This document shows, in pieces, positions 1 through 9,794 of a stretch of DNA of 48,136 nt (within the stretch, counting starts at the first letter, position 1; every line of letters starts with the position of its first letter). Below the pieces are notes generated by a model, which had not been told where the DNA came from, searched no databases, and was given only the letters and a program-made list of their open reading frames with translations. Origin of the DNA: Archaeoglobaceae archaeon (GTDB taxonomy: Archaea; Halobacteriota; Archaeoglobi; Archaeoglobales; Archaeoglobaceae); assembly GCA_038893835.1 (NCBI GenBank), contig JAWAQR010000009.1, positions 1-48,136 on the forward strand, written 5' to 3'. The position numbers and the translations under genes are program-made.

Positions 1-1
1 A

Positions 2-391
2 TACTTTTTAATCCTTTATTACTCCTTCCAGAAAGTTCATATGCTCGAGATAATTTTTGCACAGATACTGGCAAAATTCTCAATGCTCATCCTTTTAACT
101 ACCTCCAAACCAGCTTGGGAGGGATTGGGAGCGTACATGATGCAATTTGCGAGAAAAAGAGATCTGCTTATAGGCTCAATACCACTTATTCTCATTCTTT
201 TCAATCCCTTATTTATAATTCCAACACTCCTAGCCATCTCGATTACGGTTGCCGTTCGTATATATGCGGAAAGGATCTTCGGCGGAATGAGTGGAGACGT
301 GATTGGAGCATGCAATTGCATTTCTTTTTCAGCCGTCCTTCTCTTTTTTTCCCTCGAAACAGATATATCCCTGTTCTTTCTAGGGATTTGA
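2..391 (+). CDS. cobS: Adenosylcobinamide-GDP ribazoletransferase (cobalamin synthase), 5'-truncated by the window edge
   Basis: Frame is open from position 2. Hydrophobic protein with EGLG and the C-terminal FGGMSGDVIGA motif typical of CobS. Confidence 0.8.
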   Translation, partial: YFLILYYSFQKVHMLEIIFAQILAKFSMLILLTTSKPAWEGLGAYMMQFARKRDLLIGSIPLILILFNPLFIIPTLLAISITVAVRIYAERIFGGMSGDVIGACNCISFSAVLLFFSLETDISLFFLGI

Positions 392-1519
392 ATGATAAAT
401 GCAGTCTTCGAAATAGAATCTGGAAAGATTAAAAAAATATATGCGAGTTCCAAATATCCGAGTGAGCAGAAAGGAAACGTTTTTTACGATTCACCAATAG
501 TTCCAAACCTCAGTTTTGCAGATGAGATGCCAAAAAAGCTTGAATGTCTTCATGCCATTGTGGCCTTTCGTCCATCGTATATATTAATCTCCCGTGACGT
601 TCTTGGAGGGAAACCGATTTACTATGATTCCTGTGGAATCTCATCTTTTAGATCTTTACTCGAAAATCCCCAGAGTGTTCTTCCTGGAGAAATTATCAAA
701 ATCGACTATTCAGGAAATATTCTTGAGAGAAGGAGGTTTTTCTTTGAAGAAGTATTTAAAAAGGAGGAAATAGAATATGAAGAGGCGAAAGAGAAAATTT
801 TAAAGTGCTTAGAAAATTTTAGGTTCAAGAATGCCTGTATAGCTTTTTCTGGAGGAATAGATTCATCTTTACTCGCTTCACTCCACGACTTACCACTCAT
901 CGCAGTAACGGCTAGTGATGAGGAGGAAAAGTGGATACTGCATGCTGCAAAGAAAATCGCTAGAGACGTTGAAATACTGAAGGTAAATGAGGAGGTTGTT
1001 GTAACTTCTCTACCAAAGGTTGCAAGGATCATAGAGGATAGCAGCTTTCTTCAATTATCCATCGCTGTTCCTCTACATCTAGTTTTTGAGTTTGCGAAAA
1101 AACTCGGTTTTAGCGAAGTTGTTTTGGGCCAAGGAGCTGATGAGCTCTTTGGAGGGTATAAGAGGTATGAGAGTTTAAGTGAAGAAGAACTCGAGAAATT
1201 CTTGCTGCGAGATATTGCTGAGATCGGTGAAAAAAATCTAGTGAGAGATGCGAAGCTTTCATATGCTTCAGAGATAAAAATCATACTCCCCTACTTAAAC
1301 TGGGAAGTTATAAGGACTGCGATAAACGTTTCGGTTAAGGATAAGATCAGGGAAATCAACGGTAAGAAAGTAAGGAAATATATTTTAAGGGACATTGCAA
1401 AAGATGTACTTCCAGGGGAAATAGTATGGAAAGAGAAGAAGGCAATTCAGTATTCCACAGGAATTGCAAAGATGATGAAAAAATTGTCTTCACAGACTAC
1501 GAGGGGCCATGGGTTTTAA
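392..1519 (+). CDS. Asparagine synthetase B-like ATP pyrophosphatase with a degenerate N-terminal glutaminase domain
   Basis: PP-loop AFSGGIDSS, GQGADELFGGY, RDVLGGKPIYY and KKAIQYSTG are present. No N-terminal Cys. Confidence 0.8.
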   Translation: MINAVFEIESGKIKKIYASSKYPSEQKGNVFYDSPIVPNLSFADEMPKKLECLHAIVAFRPSYILISRDVLGGKPIYYDSCGISSFRSLLENPQSVLPGEIIKIDYSGNILERRRFFFEEVFKKEEIEYEEAKEKILKCLENFRFKNACIAFSGGIDSSLLASLHDLPLIAVTASDEEEKWILHAAKKIARDVEILKVNEEVVVTSLPKVARIIEDSSFLQLSIAVPLHLVFEFAKKLGFSEVVLGQGADELFGGYKRYESLSEEELEKFLLRDIAEIGEKNLVRDAKLSYASEIKIILPYLNWEVIRTAINVSVKDKIREINGKKVRKYILRDIAKDVLPGEIVWKEKKAIQYSTGIAKMMKKLSSQTTRGHGF

Positions 1520-2358
1520 ATGATTTCGCCTACGAACTCTGCATGGCGATCTTCAACAATGACAGGTTTTTTAGAAACATAAGCGAATACGATGACTATT
1601 TGTACTACGTGGTAAAAAAGGAAGGATATGAAGCCGGTTATACGCTGAAGTTGATAGCACCCTTCATTTCTGCAAGTGGGCAATTGAATTTCGATGATCT
1701 GATAAAGGATGTCATTTTTATCCCAGATGCGAGATTTGCAGCAAAAAAAATAATGGAGCTGTGCAGAGTGGTTGTAATCTCAACGGCCCCATTGAAGTTT
1801 GTTGAAAAAACTGCAAAAATTTTGGGGTTTAAGGAAATTCATGCAAGCGATTTGGATTTCAAAATAGAAATGGACGAGTTTATGAAAAAAGATCTAATTG
1901 AAAAAGTTGATTTTATCTCATCACTGAGCGGTGAAGAGCTTTATAGGACGATGGAAGAAATTTTTTCGAAGATTTGGAATCTCGTTGATAAATTGAAAGT
2001 CATCGGAGCAAAAGAAAAGGCTGAGATTCTGGAAAGTTACGATCCAAAGAGACCAATTGCCATTGGTGATAGCATAACGGATTGTAAGATGTTCGAAAAA
2101 GCCAGAGAACTTGATGGAATTGCAATAGCATTCAATGGAAATAAATATGCGATTGAAAAAGCAGACTTTGCCGTAATCAGCTACACAGCTAAAGCACATG
2201 CGATTTTGGTTGAGGAAATTTTAAAAGGCAGAGTTCCGAAATTGGAAAAAAAGATAGGAAAAGTTTTCAAAGTCAGCGAATCAAAGCTGGATGAAATCGT
2301 GAGGGAATCCATGAAAATTAGGGTAAAGCTTCGGGGCTTAGCCGGGAGCTTGGGTTGA
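1426..2358 (+). CDS. HAD-superfamily phosphatase-like protein (DxEGP type, EhaR-related); start uncertain
   Basis: Motif I FTDYEGP, motif II VVIST, motif IV GDSITD and AFNGN. Confidence 0.7.
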   Translation: MEREEGNSVFHRNCKDDEKIVFTDYEGPWVLNDFAYELCMAIFNNDRFFRNISEYDDYLYYVVKKEGYEAGYTLKLIAPFISASGQLNFDDLIKDVIFIPDARFAAKKIMELCRVVVISTAPLKFVEKTAKILGFKEIHASDLDFKIEMDEFMKKDLIEKVDFISSLSGEELYRTMEEIFSKIWNLVDKLKVIGAKEKAEILESYDPKRPIAIGDSITDCKMFEKARELDGIAIAFNGNKYAIEKADFAVISYTAKAHAILVEEILKGRVPKLEKKIGKVFKVSESKLDEIVRESMKIRVKLRGLAGSLG

Positions 2359-3603
2359 TCTAAGCTTTTGAAGTAGTTCCATTGCATAATCAACCCTTAT
2401 CTTACCATCCTTTACCATCTTTTCCGCAATTAGATCTATCTCCTCCCCTTTAGCCCCCGCCATTATTGCGATGTTTCTGGCATGTAACTCCATATGACCT
2501 CGCTGAATTCCTTCCGTTGCAAGTGCTCTCAGTGCTGCGAAGTTTTGGGCTAATCCCAGAGCCGCTGCAACCCTTGCCAGCTCCTCTCCACTTTTGACGC
2601 CGAGTATCTTCAAACATATCCTAGCAATCGGATTCGTATGCGTAGCACCTCCAATGATTCCTGCCTGAATTGGAAGTTCGATGAAGCCAACCAAATCTCC
2701 CTCTTCGTTCACTTCATACTTCGTGAGCGGTTTATATCCGTTAATGGCAGCATAACCATGCGCTCCCGCTTCAACCGCTCTGAAATCGTTTCCGGTAGCT
2801 ATCATCAATGCGGAGATACCGTTCATTATTCCCTTATTGTGCGTCGCACATCTGAATGGATCAGCTTCTGCAAAAGCATAGGCTTTCATAATTCCTTCAA
2901 CGACTTCTTTTCCACCAATTACTTCCCTCTTAAACACAGCTCTTGCTCTTGCAAGCCTGTAGATTGCAAGGTTGGAAATTATTCTGAGAAGGGCTCTTGC
3001 ATTTGCTATTCTCGCAACAATTGGAGCGACTTTTTCGCACATCGTGTTCACGGCATTCGCTCCCATTGCATCGCGGACGTCGACGATTAAATGGACGATT
3101 AGCATTTTACCAAACATTGTGTCTATAATCCTAACCTCCAAATCCCTACATCCACCTCCAACCTTCAAAAGCACTGGATCGCATTCGTTTGCCTTCGAGA
3201 TTATTTCTTCCTTGTTCTTTAGAATTTCAAACTTTGCAAGATAGGGGTTCTTAACATCGACGAGCTGGATTTGTCCTATCATCAGCGGTGCAGTGAAATC
3301 CGTTATAAAGCCACCACCTTCTCTCGCCATTTTTGCGGCGTTGCTCGCTGCAGCAACAACGCTGGGCTCTTCGATGACCATTGGGATTAGATAATCTTTT
3401 CCATCGATCAGGAAGTTCGTTGCAACTGCCAAAGGCAATTCAAAGGTTCCAATCACGTTCTCAATCATTCTGTTTGCCAAATCGATTGAAAGCTTCGAAG
3501 TGGAATATATCGCCTTAACCTCTTCCTCCGTTAACTTGGCAATTTCAGCGACCTTCTTCAACCTTTCTTCCACACTCAGATTATAAAAACCTGGCAAACG
3601 CAT
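2338..3603 (-). CDS. mvaA: Hydroxymethylglutaryl-CoA reductase, class II (bacterial/degradative type)
   Basis: ENVIG, EEPSVVAAAS, DAMGANAVN, THNKGIMNG and GIQRGHMELH. Start set at MRLPGFY. Confidence 0.95.
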   Translation of the reverse strand: MRLPGFYNLSVEERLKKVAEIAKLTEEEVKAIYSTSKLSIDLANRMIENVIGTFELPLAVATNFLIDGKDYLIPMVIEEPSVVAAASNAAKMAREGGGFITDFTAPLMIGQIQLVDVKNPYLAKFEILKNKEEIISKANECDPVLLKVGGGCRDLEVRIIDTMFGKMLIVHLIVDVRDAMGANAVNTMCEKVAPIVARIANARALLRIISNLAIYRLARARAVFKREVIGGKEVVEGIMKAYAFAEADPFRCATHNKGIMNGISALMIATGNDFRAVEAGAHGYAAINGYKPLTKYEVNEEGDLVGFIELPIQAGIIGGATHTNPIARICLKILGVKSGEELARVAAALGLAQNFAALRALATEGIQRGHMELHARNIAIMAGAKGEEIDLIAEKMVKDGKIRVDYAMELLQKLRSTQAPG

Positions 3604-3710
3604 GAAGTAAGTTTGGGGAGAACATAAATCACTTTTGGATATCGACAATTTTCCAATTTAGAACAAAAAACTTAAAATCTATCTACAACCAAAGATTATC
3701 TGGTGAGATC

Positions 3711-4253
3711 ATGCACACGGACTTACCAGTGAAGGAAATAATGACAACGAGGGTTTGCAAAGCAAATGCAGATGAGAACGTCCAAGAAGTTGCGAAAAAA
3801 ATGGTCGCTTTCGGTGTTGGAAGTGCGATAATAATGAAGGATGATAAGCCAGTAGGTATAGTAACTGAGAAAGATTTGATAGCTAAGATAGTCGCGAAAA
3901 ATAGAATACCATCTTCTGTCAAAGTTTCCGAGATCATGAGTTCTCCGTTGATAACGATAAAGCCAAACACAAGTGTTAGAGAGGCTGCGAACCTGATGAT
4001 AAAGAGAGGAATAAGAAGGTTGCCAATAGTAAATAACTCGGGACAGTTAATAGGGATAATAACGGACAACGACATATTAGAGATTTCGCTAGATCTCGGA
4101 GAGTTTGCAGCCCTTGTAAAGGAGCATGCAATAGGATATGCTGCAGAGGAAACGAGTGGAATTTGTGAGAAATGTGGTAAACATTCAGACATTCTTGTAG
4201 AAGTTGATGGGCTTCACGTCTGTGAGGATTGTGCTGGGGAGAGGGAGGATTAA
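3711..4253 (+). CDS. CBS-pair protein with a C-terminal zinc ribbon
   Basis: Two CBS repeats (VKEIMT..GIVTEKD; IMS..GIITDND) plus CEKC...CEDC. GGTGA RBS upstream. Confidence 0.88.
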   Translation: MHTDLPVKEIMTTRVCKANADENVQEVAKKMVAFGVGSAIIMKDDKPVGIVTEKDLIAKIVAKNRIPSSVKVSEIMSSPLITIKPNTSVREAANLMIKRGIRRLPIVNNSGQLIGIITDNDILEISLDLGEFAALVKEHAIGYAAEETSGICEKCGKHSDILVEVDGLHVCEDCAGERED

Positions 4254-5128
4254 TGGTCGATCTGAATTCCAAAGTGATGGAAATAGCTACCAAAGATGTG
4301 CAAACGCTCCCACAAACTGCAACGATAATGAATGCGATGAAGTTCATGCTCAGCAAGAACTTCAGAAGATTTCCGATTACTGATGCTGGGACAAAAAGGC
4401 TACGTGGAGTTATAACGGCAACAGATTTCGTGAACTTCTTTGGAGGGGGAAGCAAGTATGGAATAGTTAGGAACAGATATGGGGGGAACCTTTCCGCAGC
4501 AGTCAATGCAGAAGTTAAGGAAATAATGGAAAGAAACGTTTTCTACGTCACGAAAGATGAAAGTATAAAAGATCTTATCGATTTGATGTTCGAAAATAGA
4601 ATTGGAGGATGCCCCGTGGTTGATGAGGATGAAGTAGTAGTCGGAATCGTAACTGAGAGAGATATACTGAAGCTCCTAGCTAAAAATAGAAAGATCGATG
4701 GAGTGGCCTCAGAATTCATGACCAAAAGCGTCGTAACAATCGGTGCTAGGGATACGATTGAGAAGGCAATGAAGACGATGATAAATAGAAGGTTCAGGAG
4801 GTTGCCGGTGATAGAGGATGGAATACTGATAGGCATGATAACTTCGAGAGAGATTCTAGCTTACTTTGGAAAAGGAGAAGCTTTCAGAATGCTCGAGTAT
4901 GGAGATGTATGGGAGGCAATAAGAAAGCCAGTTTCAACGATTCTGGCAAATGAGGAAATAAACATGCATCGCGAAATTCTGATTTTTCCAAAGGATGTTT
5001 TACTTTCACAAGTCGTCTCTTCGATGCTGGAAAAAGGTCATGGAGTTGCTCTGATCGTTGAAGAGGGGAAATTGGAAGGAATAATAACAGAGAGAGATTT
5101 GATAAGGTTTTTGTATGAGAGCTCATGA
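4253..5128 (+). CDS. Four-CBS-domain protein
   Basis: Four G-I-x-T-x-x-D/E CBS motifs. TAATG overlap with the upstream gene and a GGAGG RBS. Confidence 0.88.
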   Translation: MVDLNSKVMEIATKDVQTLPQTATIMNAMKFMLSKNFRRFPITDAGTKRLRGVITATDFVNFFGGGSKYGIVRNRYGGNLSAAVNAEVKEIMERNVFYVTKDESIKDLIDLMFENRIGGCPVVDEDEVVVGIVTERDILKLLAKNRKIDGVASEFMTKSVVTIGARDTIEKAMKTMINRRFRRLPVIEDGILIGMITSREILAYFGKGEAFRMLEYGDVWEAIRKPVSTILANEEINMHREILIFPKDVLLSQVVSSMLEKGHGVALIVEEGKLEGIITERDLIRFLYESS

Positions 5129-6255
5129 GTTTTGTTGCCGAAGCCTTAGGTCTTTCTAAATTTTCTGCAGATAGGCTAAGGGAAAGAGGGATTCTAAAAA
5201 AAGCTTTTATAAAATCTAAGATCTTCGATGATATAATAGATGCGTACAGGCTTGAAAAGAAGTTTGGCCCTTATGAAGAGGGGACTGTCGTCATAAAGGG
5301 TATTGATGGATTGAAGGTTGTTAGAGGTTTTCCGAAGATAAGGCGAATTCTACACCTCGAGGCGGGATTGAAGAGACACTTTGGGGAAAGGGAAATCGTG
5401 GTTGAAGAAAAGATGAATGGATACAATGTGAGAATAGTTAAAGTTGGAAAAAAGATTTACGCAATAACCCGGGGAGGGCTTATATGTCCTTATACAACGG
5501 AAAAGGCTAGGGAGAAAGTGAGCGAAGATTTCTTCAACGAATACTCTGAATTCATGCTTTGCTGCGAGGCTGTGGGAAAAGCTTCGCCATATGTAATGGA
5601 TCAGTATGGTATAGAAGGTCTGGAGTTCTTCCTATTTGATGTTAGGCATTGCAGAAGCAACGTTCCTTTAAGCATTCGGAGAAAGGAGGAGATAGCTAAA
5701 AATTTTGGACTCAAGATCGTTGAAATTCTAAAAAAATGTAAGGCAACAGATATTGAGGAAATAAAAAAAGTGATAGTTGAGTTGCACAGAAAAAATAGAG
5801 AAGGGGTTGTTTTTAAAGATGTGGAAATGAAGCTGGAACCTTTAAAATATACTACTAGCTATGCAAACTGCAACGATCTCGCCTATGCGTTCAGATATTT
5901 TGAGGAATATGGAAGAGATTTTATGCTGGCTAGGATAATAAGAGAGGCTTTTCAGGCATTTGAATTTGGATACAGTGATGAAAGAGCTCTTAGACTAGGA
6001 AGAGCATTGCTTAAGTCTGCGATTGAGAGCATTGAAAAAGTTAAGAATTGTGAAGAAGTTGTTGAAACCAGTAGACTCATTTTTAATAATGAAGAGGTAT
6101 ATGAGGCTTTCAAAATGCATATGAAACTTCTTGGAATCAGTTTTAGGGAATTAGAAGTTAAAAAGGGAGAGAAGGGAATGGAAGTGGTAATTGCAAGAGT
6201 TATGAGGGCAACCACGGATAGGATAAGAAGTCTTCTGGAGGGTAATCCATGGTGA
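5125..6255 (+). CDS. ATP-dependent RNA ligase, archaeal Rnl3 (Pab1020/MthRnl) family
   Basis: Motif I EEKMNGYNVR, TRGGLICPYTT, FFLFD, REGVVFK, LKYTT and the C-terminal dimerisation region. Confidence 0.9.
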   Translation: MSFVAEALGLSKFSADRLRERGILKKAFIKSKIFDDIIDAYRLEKKFGPYEEGTVVIKGIDGLKVVRGFPKIRRILHLEAGLKRHFGEREIVVEEKMNGYNVRIVKVGKKIYAITRGGLICPYTTEKAREKVSEDFFNEYSEFMLCCEAVGKASPYVMDQYGIEGLEFFLFDVRHCRSNVPLSIRRKEEIAKNFGLKIVEILKKCKATDIEEIKKVIVELHRKNREGVVFKDVEMKLEPLKYTTSYANCNDLAYAFRYFEEYGRDFMLARIIREAFQAFEFGYSDERALRLGRALLKSAIESIEKVKNCEEVVETSRLIFNNEEVYEAFKMHMKLLGISFRELEVKKGEKGMEVVIARVMRATTDRIRSLLEGNPW

Positions 6256-7250
6256 CCTGCGCTGGTGTAGATGCTGGGACTAGGGATTATGAGATAGTAG
6301 TCTTGAATAAAGGGGACTGTGAGGTTTACAAATTTGAAACCGGAAAGATAAAAGATAATCCCAGTGATTTTTTGGAAACTTTGCGAAGCATTGAAGCAGA
6401 TACAATCGCGGGTCTTTCAGGATATGGATTACCTATAAAAAAATTTACAGAGCTCAGAGATGAGGAAGTATTTTTGATGACTTTAAATCTGGATAAAGAG
6501 GCTAGCATTGGTTTGAGAAGGATAATAGGGGAAATTAGGAAATGGGGATCAAACTTCTACACAATCCCAGGAGTGATCCATCTGCCATCTGTTCCGGAAT
6601 GGAGAAAGTTCAATCGAATAGACCTTGGAACATATGATAAGGTCTGTTCGGTTGTTTTAGCTGTTTTAGAGTTATCTGAGGAAATAGAACTTGAAAAACA
6701 GAATTTTTTACTTGCAGAAGTTGGTTATGGATTTACCTCTGCAATTGCTGTAAAGAATGGAAAAATAGTTGACGGAATCGGTGGAACTTCTGGATTTATG
6801 GGATACTCTTCTCTTGGCTCAATTGATGCTGAGCTCGCGTATCTTCTCGGAGATTTTCCAAAAGAGCTCATATTTAGCGGAGGTGTTAAGAGCTTTGTTT
6901 CTGAAAGAGGTGGAAACGAATTAGAAATCCTTTCCGAATTCGTGATTAAAAACTTAAAGGCAGTTGAAGTTAGCACAAAAGCTGAAATCTGCTTTCTCTC
7001 TGGAAAATTTGCAGAGAAAGTGGAAAGAAGAGTAAGAGAATTCTATGAGACAAGAATCCTTAGAGGTTACTGTAAAGGAAAACAATCCGCACAAGGAGCT
7101 GCAATTGTGGCAAATGCGATTGCTGACGGAGAGTTTAGAAAAATTGTAGAGCATCTAGAAATTTTCAATGCAAAAGGCAGCATTTTCGATTATCTTTCAA
7201 GTTATATAAAAAATAAAATTTTAAAAAGATTAAATAAATTAGATGTTTAA
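6249..7250 (+). CDS. DUF1464 family ASKHA-fold (butyrate kinase-related) protein
   Basis: GVDAGT, SGYGLP, PGVIHLPSVP, NRIDLGTYDK and IVDGIGGT. Confidence 0.8.
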   Translation: MVTCAGVDAGTRDYEIVVLNKGDCEVYKFETGKIKDNPSDFLETLRSIEADTIAGLSGYGLPIKKFTELRDEEVFLMTLNLDKEASIGLRRIIGEIRKWGSNFYTIPGVIHLPSVPEWRKFNRIDLGTYDKVCSVVLAVLELSEEIELEKQNFLLAEVGYGFTSAIAVKNGKIVDGIGGTSGFMGYSSLGSIDAELAYLLGDFPKELIFSGGVKSFVSERGGNELEILSEFVIKNLKAVEVSTKAEICFLSGKFAEKVERRVREFYETRILRGYCKGKQSAQGAAIVANAIADGEFRKIVEHLEIFNAKGSIFDYLSSYIKNKILKRLNKLDV

Positions 7251-7730
7251 ATCACCATATTTCTTTATGTAATTCACAATTCCCCCTTCCCTTAAAATTG
7301 AGAGCATGAAGCTGGGAAGGGGTTTGGACTGTATCGTCCCTCTGGCAGTAACTATTAATCCCTTCTCAGGGTCAACTTCTATTTCCTCACCATCATTTAT
7401 TGCATCGGTATTCGCTATTAGCAGGGGAAGTCCAACGTTTATCGCATTCCTGTAGAATATTCTCGAAAAAGATTTTGCTATAACTGCACTTATTCCAGAT
7501 ATTTTCAAGGCTAAAGGTGCATGTTCTCTGCTACTCCCCATTCCAAAATTTCTACCAGCAACTATGAAATCACCTGGTTTGAACTTTTTCACAAACTCCG
7601 GATCTGCATCTTCCATTATATGTTTCGCAAGTTCGGGCAAATTGCTGCGGAGATGATAATACCTGCCAGGTACTATGTGATCTGTTGAAATGTTATCCCC
7701 AAATTTCCACGCCCTACCTCTTAACCTCAT
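7239..7730 (-). CDS. leuD: 3-isopropylmalate dehydratase / homoaconitase small subunit
   Basis: WKFGDNISTD, GRNFGMGSSREHA and SFSRIFYRNAINVG. GGTGA RBS before MRLRG. Confidence 0.9.
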   Translation of the reverse strand: MRLRGRAWKFGDNISTDHIVPGRYYHLRSNLPELAKHIMEDADPEFVKKFKPGDFIVAGRNFGMGSSREHAPLALKISGISAVIAKSFSRIFYRNAINVGLPLLIANTDAINDGEEIEVDPEKGLIVTARGTIQSKPLPSFMLSILREGGIVNYIKKYGDLNI

Positions 7731-7798
7731 ATTTTCACCTGTAAAAAACGCTTTTTTATTTGCAGCAACGCTTATAAACATTTCGAAAAAGCAATTGC

Positions 7799-8191
7799 AT
7801 GGAGTTCAGAGTTGTTATCTCAGACCCAAAAACTGGCAAAGCGTATCAGAAAGTCGTAACAGGAGCAAATGCAAATAGATTAATAGGTAAGCAGATAGGA
7901 GATGTAATAAGTGGAACAATCGTAGACTTGCCGCCTGATTATGAATTGCAAATTACTGGTGGATCGGACAAAGATGGATTTCCAATGAGACCAGATATTC
8001 CAGGAGCAGTGAGAAAGAAGATTCTCCTTTCCGGTGGAGTTGGATTTAGGCCAAAGGAAAGGGGGCTTAGGAAGAGAAAAATAGTACGTGGCAGGGTAAT
8101 ATCGAAGGACATAGTTCAGATAAACATGAAGATAGTAAAGCATGGCAAGATTCCTGTGGAGGAGATTCTAAAGAAGAATGCCTCTGCTTAA
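7799..8191 (+). CDS. rps6e: 30S ribosomal protein S6e
   Basis: ITGGSDKDGFPMRPD and RKRKIVRG motifs. Confidence 0.97.
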   Translation: MEFRVVISDPKTGKAYQKVVTGANANRLIGKQIGDVISGTIVDLPPDYELQITGGSDKDGFPMRPDIPGAVRKKILLSGGVGFRPKERGLRKRKIVRGRVISKDIVQINMKIVKHGKIPVEEILKKNASA

Positions 8192-8792
8192 CGATAAAAA
8201 AAGAGCCAGAAATTTTTACAAGTATTTTTCGTTGATCTACGACTACGTAAATCCAATCTTCTATTCAAAGGAGATGCGAAGAAAAGTGATCGAAATGGCT
8301 GAGTTAAGCAGAGATAGCCTTGTCGTTGAAATAGGATCAGGAACGGGTTATACAACGGAAGGAATAGCGGAGATAGTTCCACCGGAGAGAATATTTTGCG
8401 TTGATATAACTCCTGAGCAGATAAAAAGGGCCAAGAATAAAATTAAAGCAAATTTTATAATAGGAGATGCAGAAAATTTACCTTTCAAGGATAACGTTTT
8501 CGATTCCGCAATATCTGCGGGGAGCATTGAATACTGGCCAAATCCGCTTAAAGGTATCAAAGAACTTGTAAGGGTAACGAAGAGTGATGGAAAAGTCGTG
8601 ATCCTTGCCCCAAGAAAGCCAGAAAATCCGATTATCAGAAGAATTGCAGAGAAAATAATGCTATTTCCATCTACGGATGAGTGTATCAACTGGTTCAGAA
8701 AGGCGGGGTTGAAGGATATAGAATATGTGGAAATGGGGCCATATAGATTCTGGAGCAAGTTAGTCGTGATAATCGCGGGAAGGGTTCCTTAG
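8178..8792 (+). CDS. Class I SAM-dependent methyltransferase (UbiE/MenG-like)
   Basis: VEIGSGTG, VDIT, GDAENLPF and SAGSIEYWP. Confidence 0.88.
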   Translation: MPLLNDKKRARNFYKYFSLIYDYVNPIFYSKEMRRKVIEMAELSRDSLVVEIGSGTGYTTEGIAEIVPPERIFCVDITPEQIKRAKNKIKANFIIGDAENLPFKDNVFDSAISAGSIEYWPNPLKGIKELVRVTKSDGKVVILAPRKPENPIIRRIAEKIMLFPSTDECINWFRKAGLKDIEYVEMGPYRFWSKLVVIIAGRVP

Positions 8793-9767
8793 ATGGGCTG
8801 GAAAAGTGCAACACTTGGAGTTCTGCTCAGCTTATTGACAATGTATGTCATTTTTAAACTTACGGAGACAAGTTTAACATGGCAAACACTCACAAATTTG
8901 AATCCAATTTATCTATTACTTGCATTCGTTCTTCAAGTAATTTTTTGGGTCTTTTGGGCTGTAAGGCTAAGGATGATTACGCTTTACACGGGTTTTAGGA
9001 TTTCATACTTTTATTCCTTAAAAATAACGCTTTCCAGCATGTTTGTAGCAGCTATAACACCATCGTCTGCAGGAGGGGAGCCGGTAAGGATAAAGATGGT
9101 ATCCGATAAAGGCGTTCCAATAGGAGCGAGCACTCTTGTAGTTTTGACGGAAAGGATCCTAGATTCTTTATTTTTTGCAACTGCCCTACCGATCTTTTTA
9201 ATTCTCACTGGATTCTCAACTGCACTCGGCTTCAAAGTTGCTATACTTTTTTCCATAATCCTTCTCTCATTCATTTACCTGCTCTATCATATCTTAAAAA
9301 ACGAGCATGGAATAAAGCGGTTCTCCCAGATCATAGCAAAAATTGTTAGAAAAAAGGGTTTTGAGGAAAAAGTTGAGAGAGAACTGAGAAATTTCAAGAT
9401 TGGAACTCAGATTCTTTCAAAACCTAGAAAATTGGTTCATCTATTTTCTCTTACAGCGATGATGTGGAGCGCAGGATTCATGATTCCCTCCTCACTTCTT
9501 ATTGCGATGAACAGCGATCCACAGTATTTGCTTTCTTATACTTCCCAGCTAATCCTAGTCATAATCTCCCTAATCCCCATAACTCCAGGGAGTAGCGGCT
9601 TGGTGGAGGTGACGATGGCTTATCTATACTCAAACTTCGTCCCCTTCAGCATACTGGGCTCCCTAATCGTAATATGGAGATTCATAACTTATCATATGAA
9701 CATAATATTTGGACTGATTGCGCTCAACATCTCTGCGATTGGGAAGTTTTTTGGAAAACGATCGTAA
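8793..9767 (+). CDS. UPF0104 / LPG-synthase transmembrane (putative flippase) protein
   Basis: Multi-TM protein with ITPSSAGGEP, ERILD, PITPGSSG and WRFITY. Confidence 0.85.
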   Translation: MGWKSATLGVLLSLLTMYVIFKLTETSLTWQTLTNLNPIYLLLAFVLQVIFWVFWAVRLRMITLYTGFRISYFYSLKITLSSMFVAAITPSSAGGEPVRIKMVSDKGVPIGASTLVVLTERILDSLFFATALPIFLILTGFSTALGFKVAILFSIILLSFIYLLYHILKNEHGIKRFSQIIAKIVRKKGFEEKVERELRNFKIGTQILSKPRKLVHLFSLTAMMWSAGFMIPSSLLIAMNSDPQYLLSYTSQLILVIISLIPITPGSSGLVEVTMAYLYSNFVPFSILGSLIVIWRFITYHMNIIFGLIALNISAIGKFFGKRS

Positions 9768-9794
9768 GATTGAAATTGTGATAGATATCCCTTT

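Noticed and set aside
1468-1525. C/D-box sRNA suggested by ATGATGA
   Set aside because: There is no D box (CTGA) at a suitable distance, and the site lies inside coding sequence.
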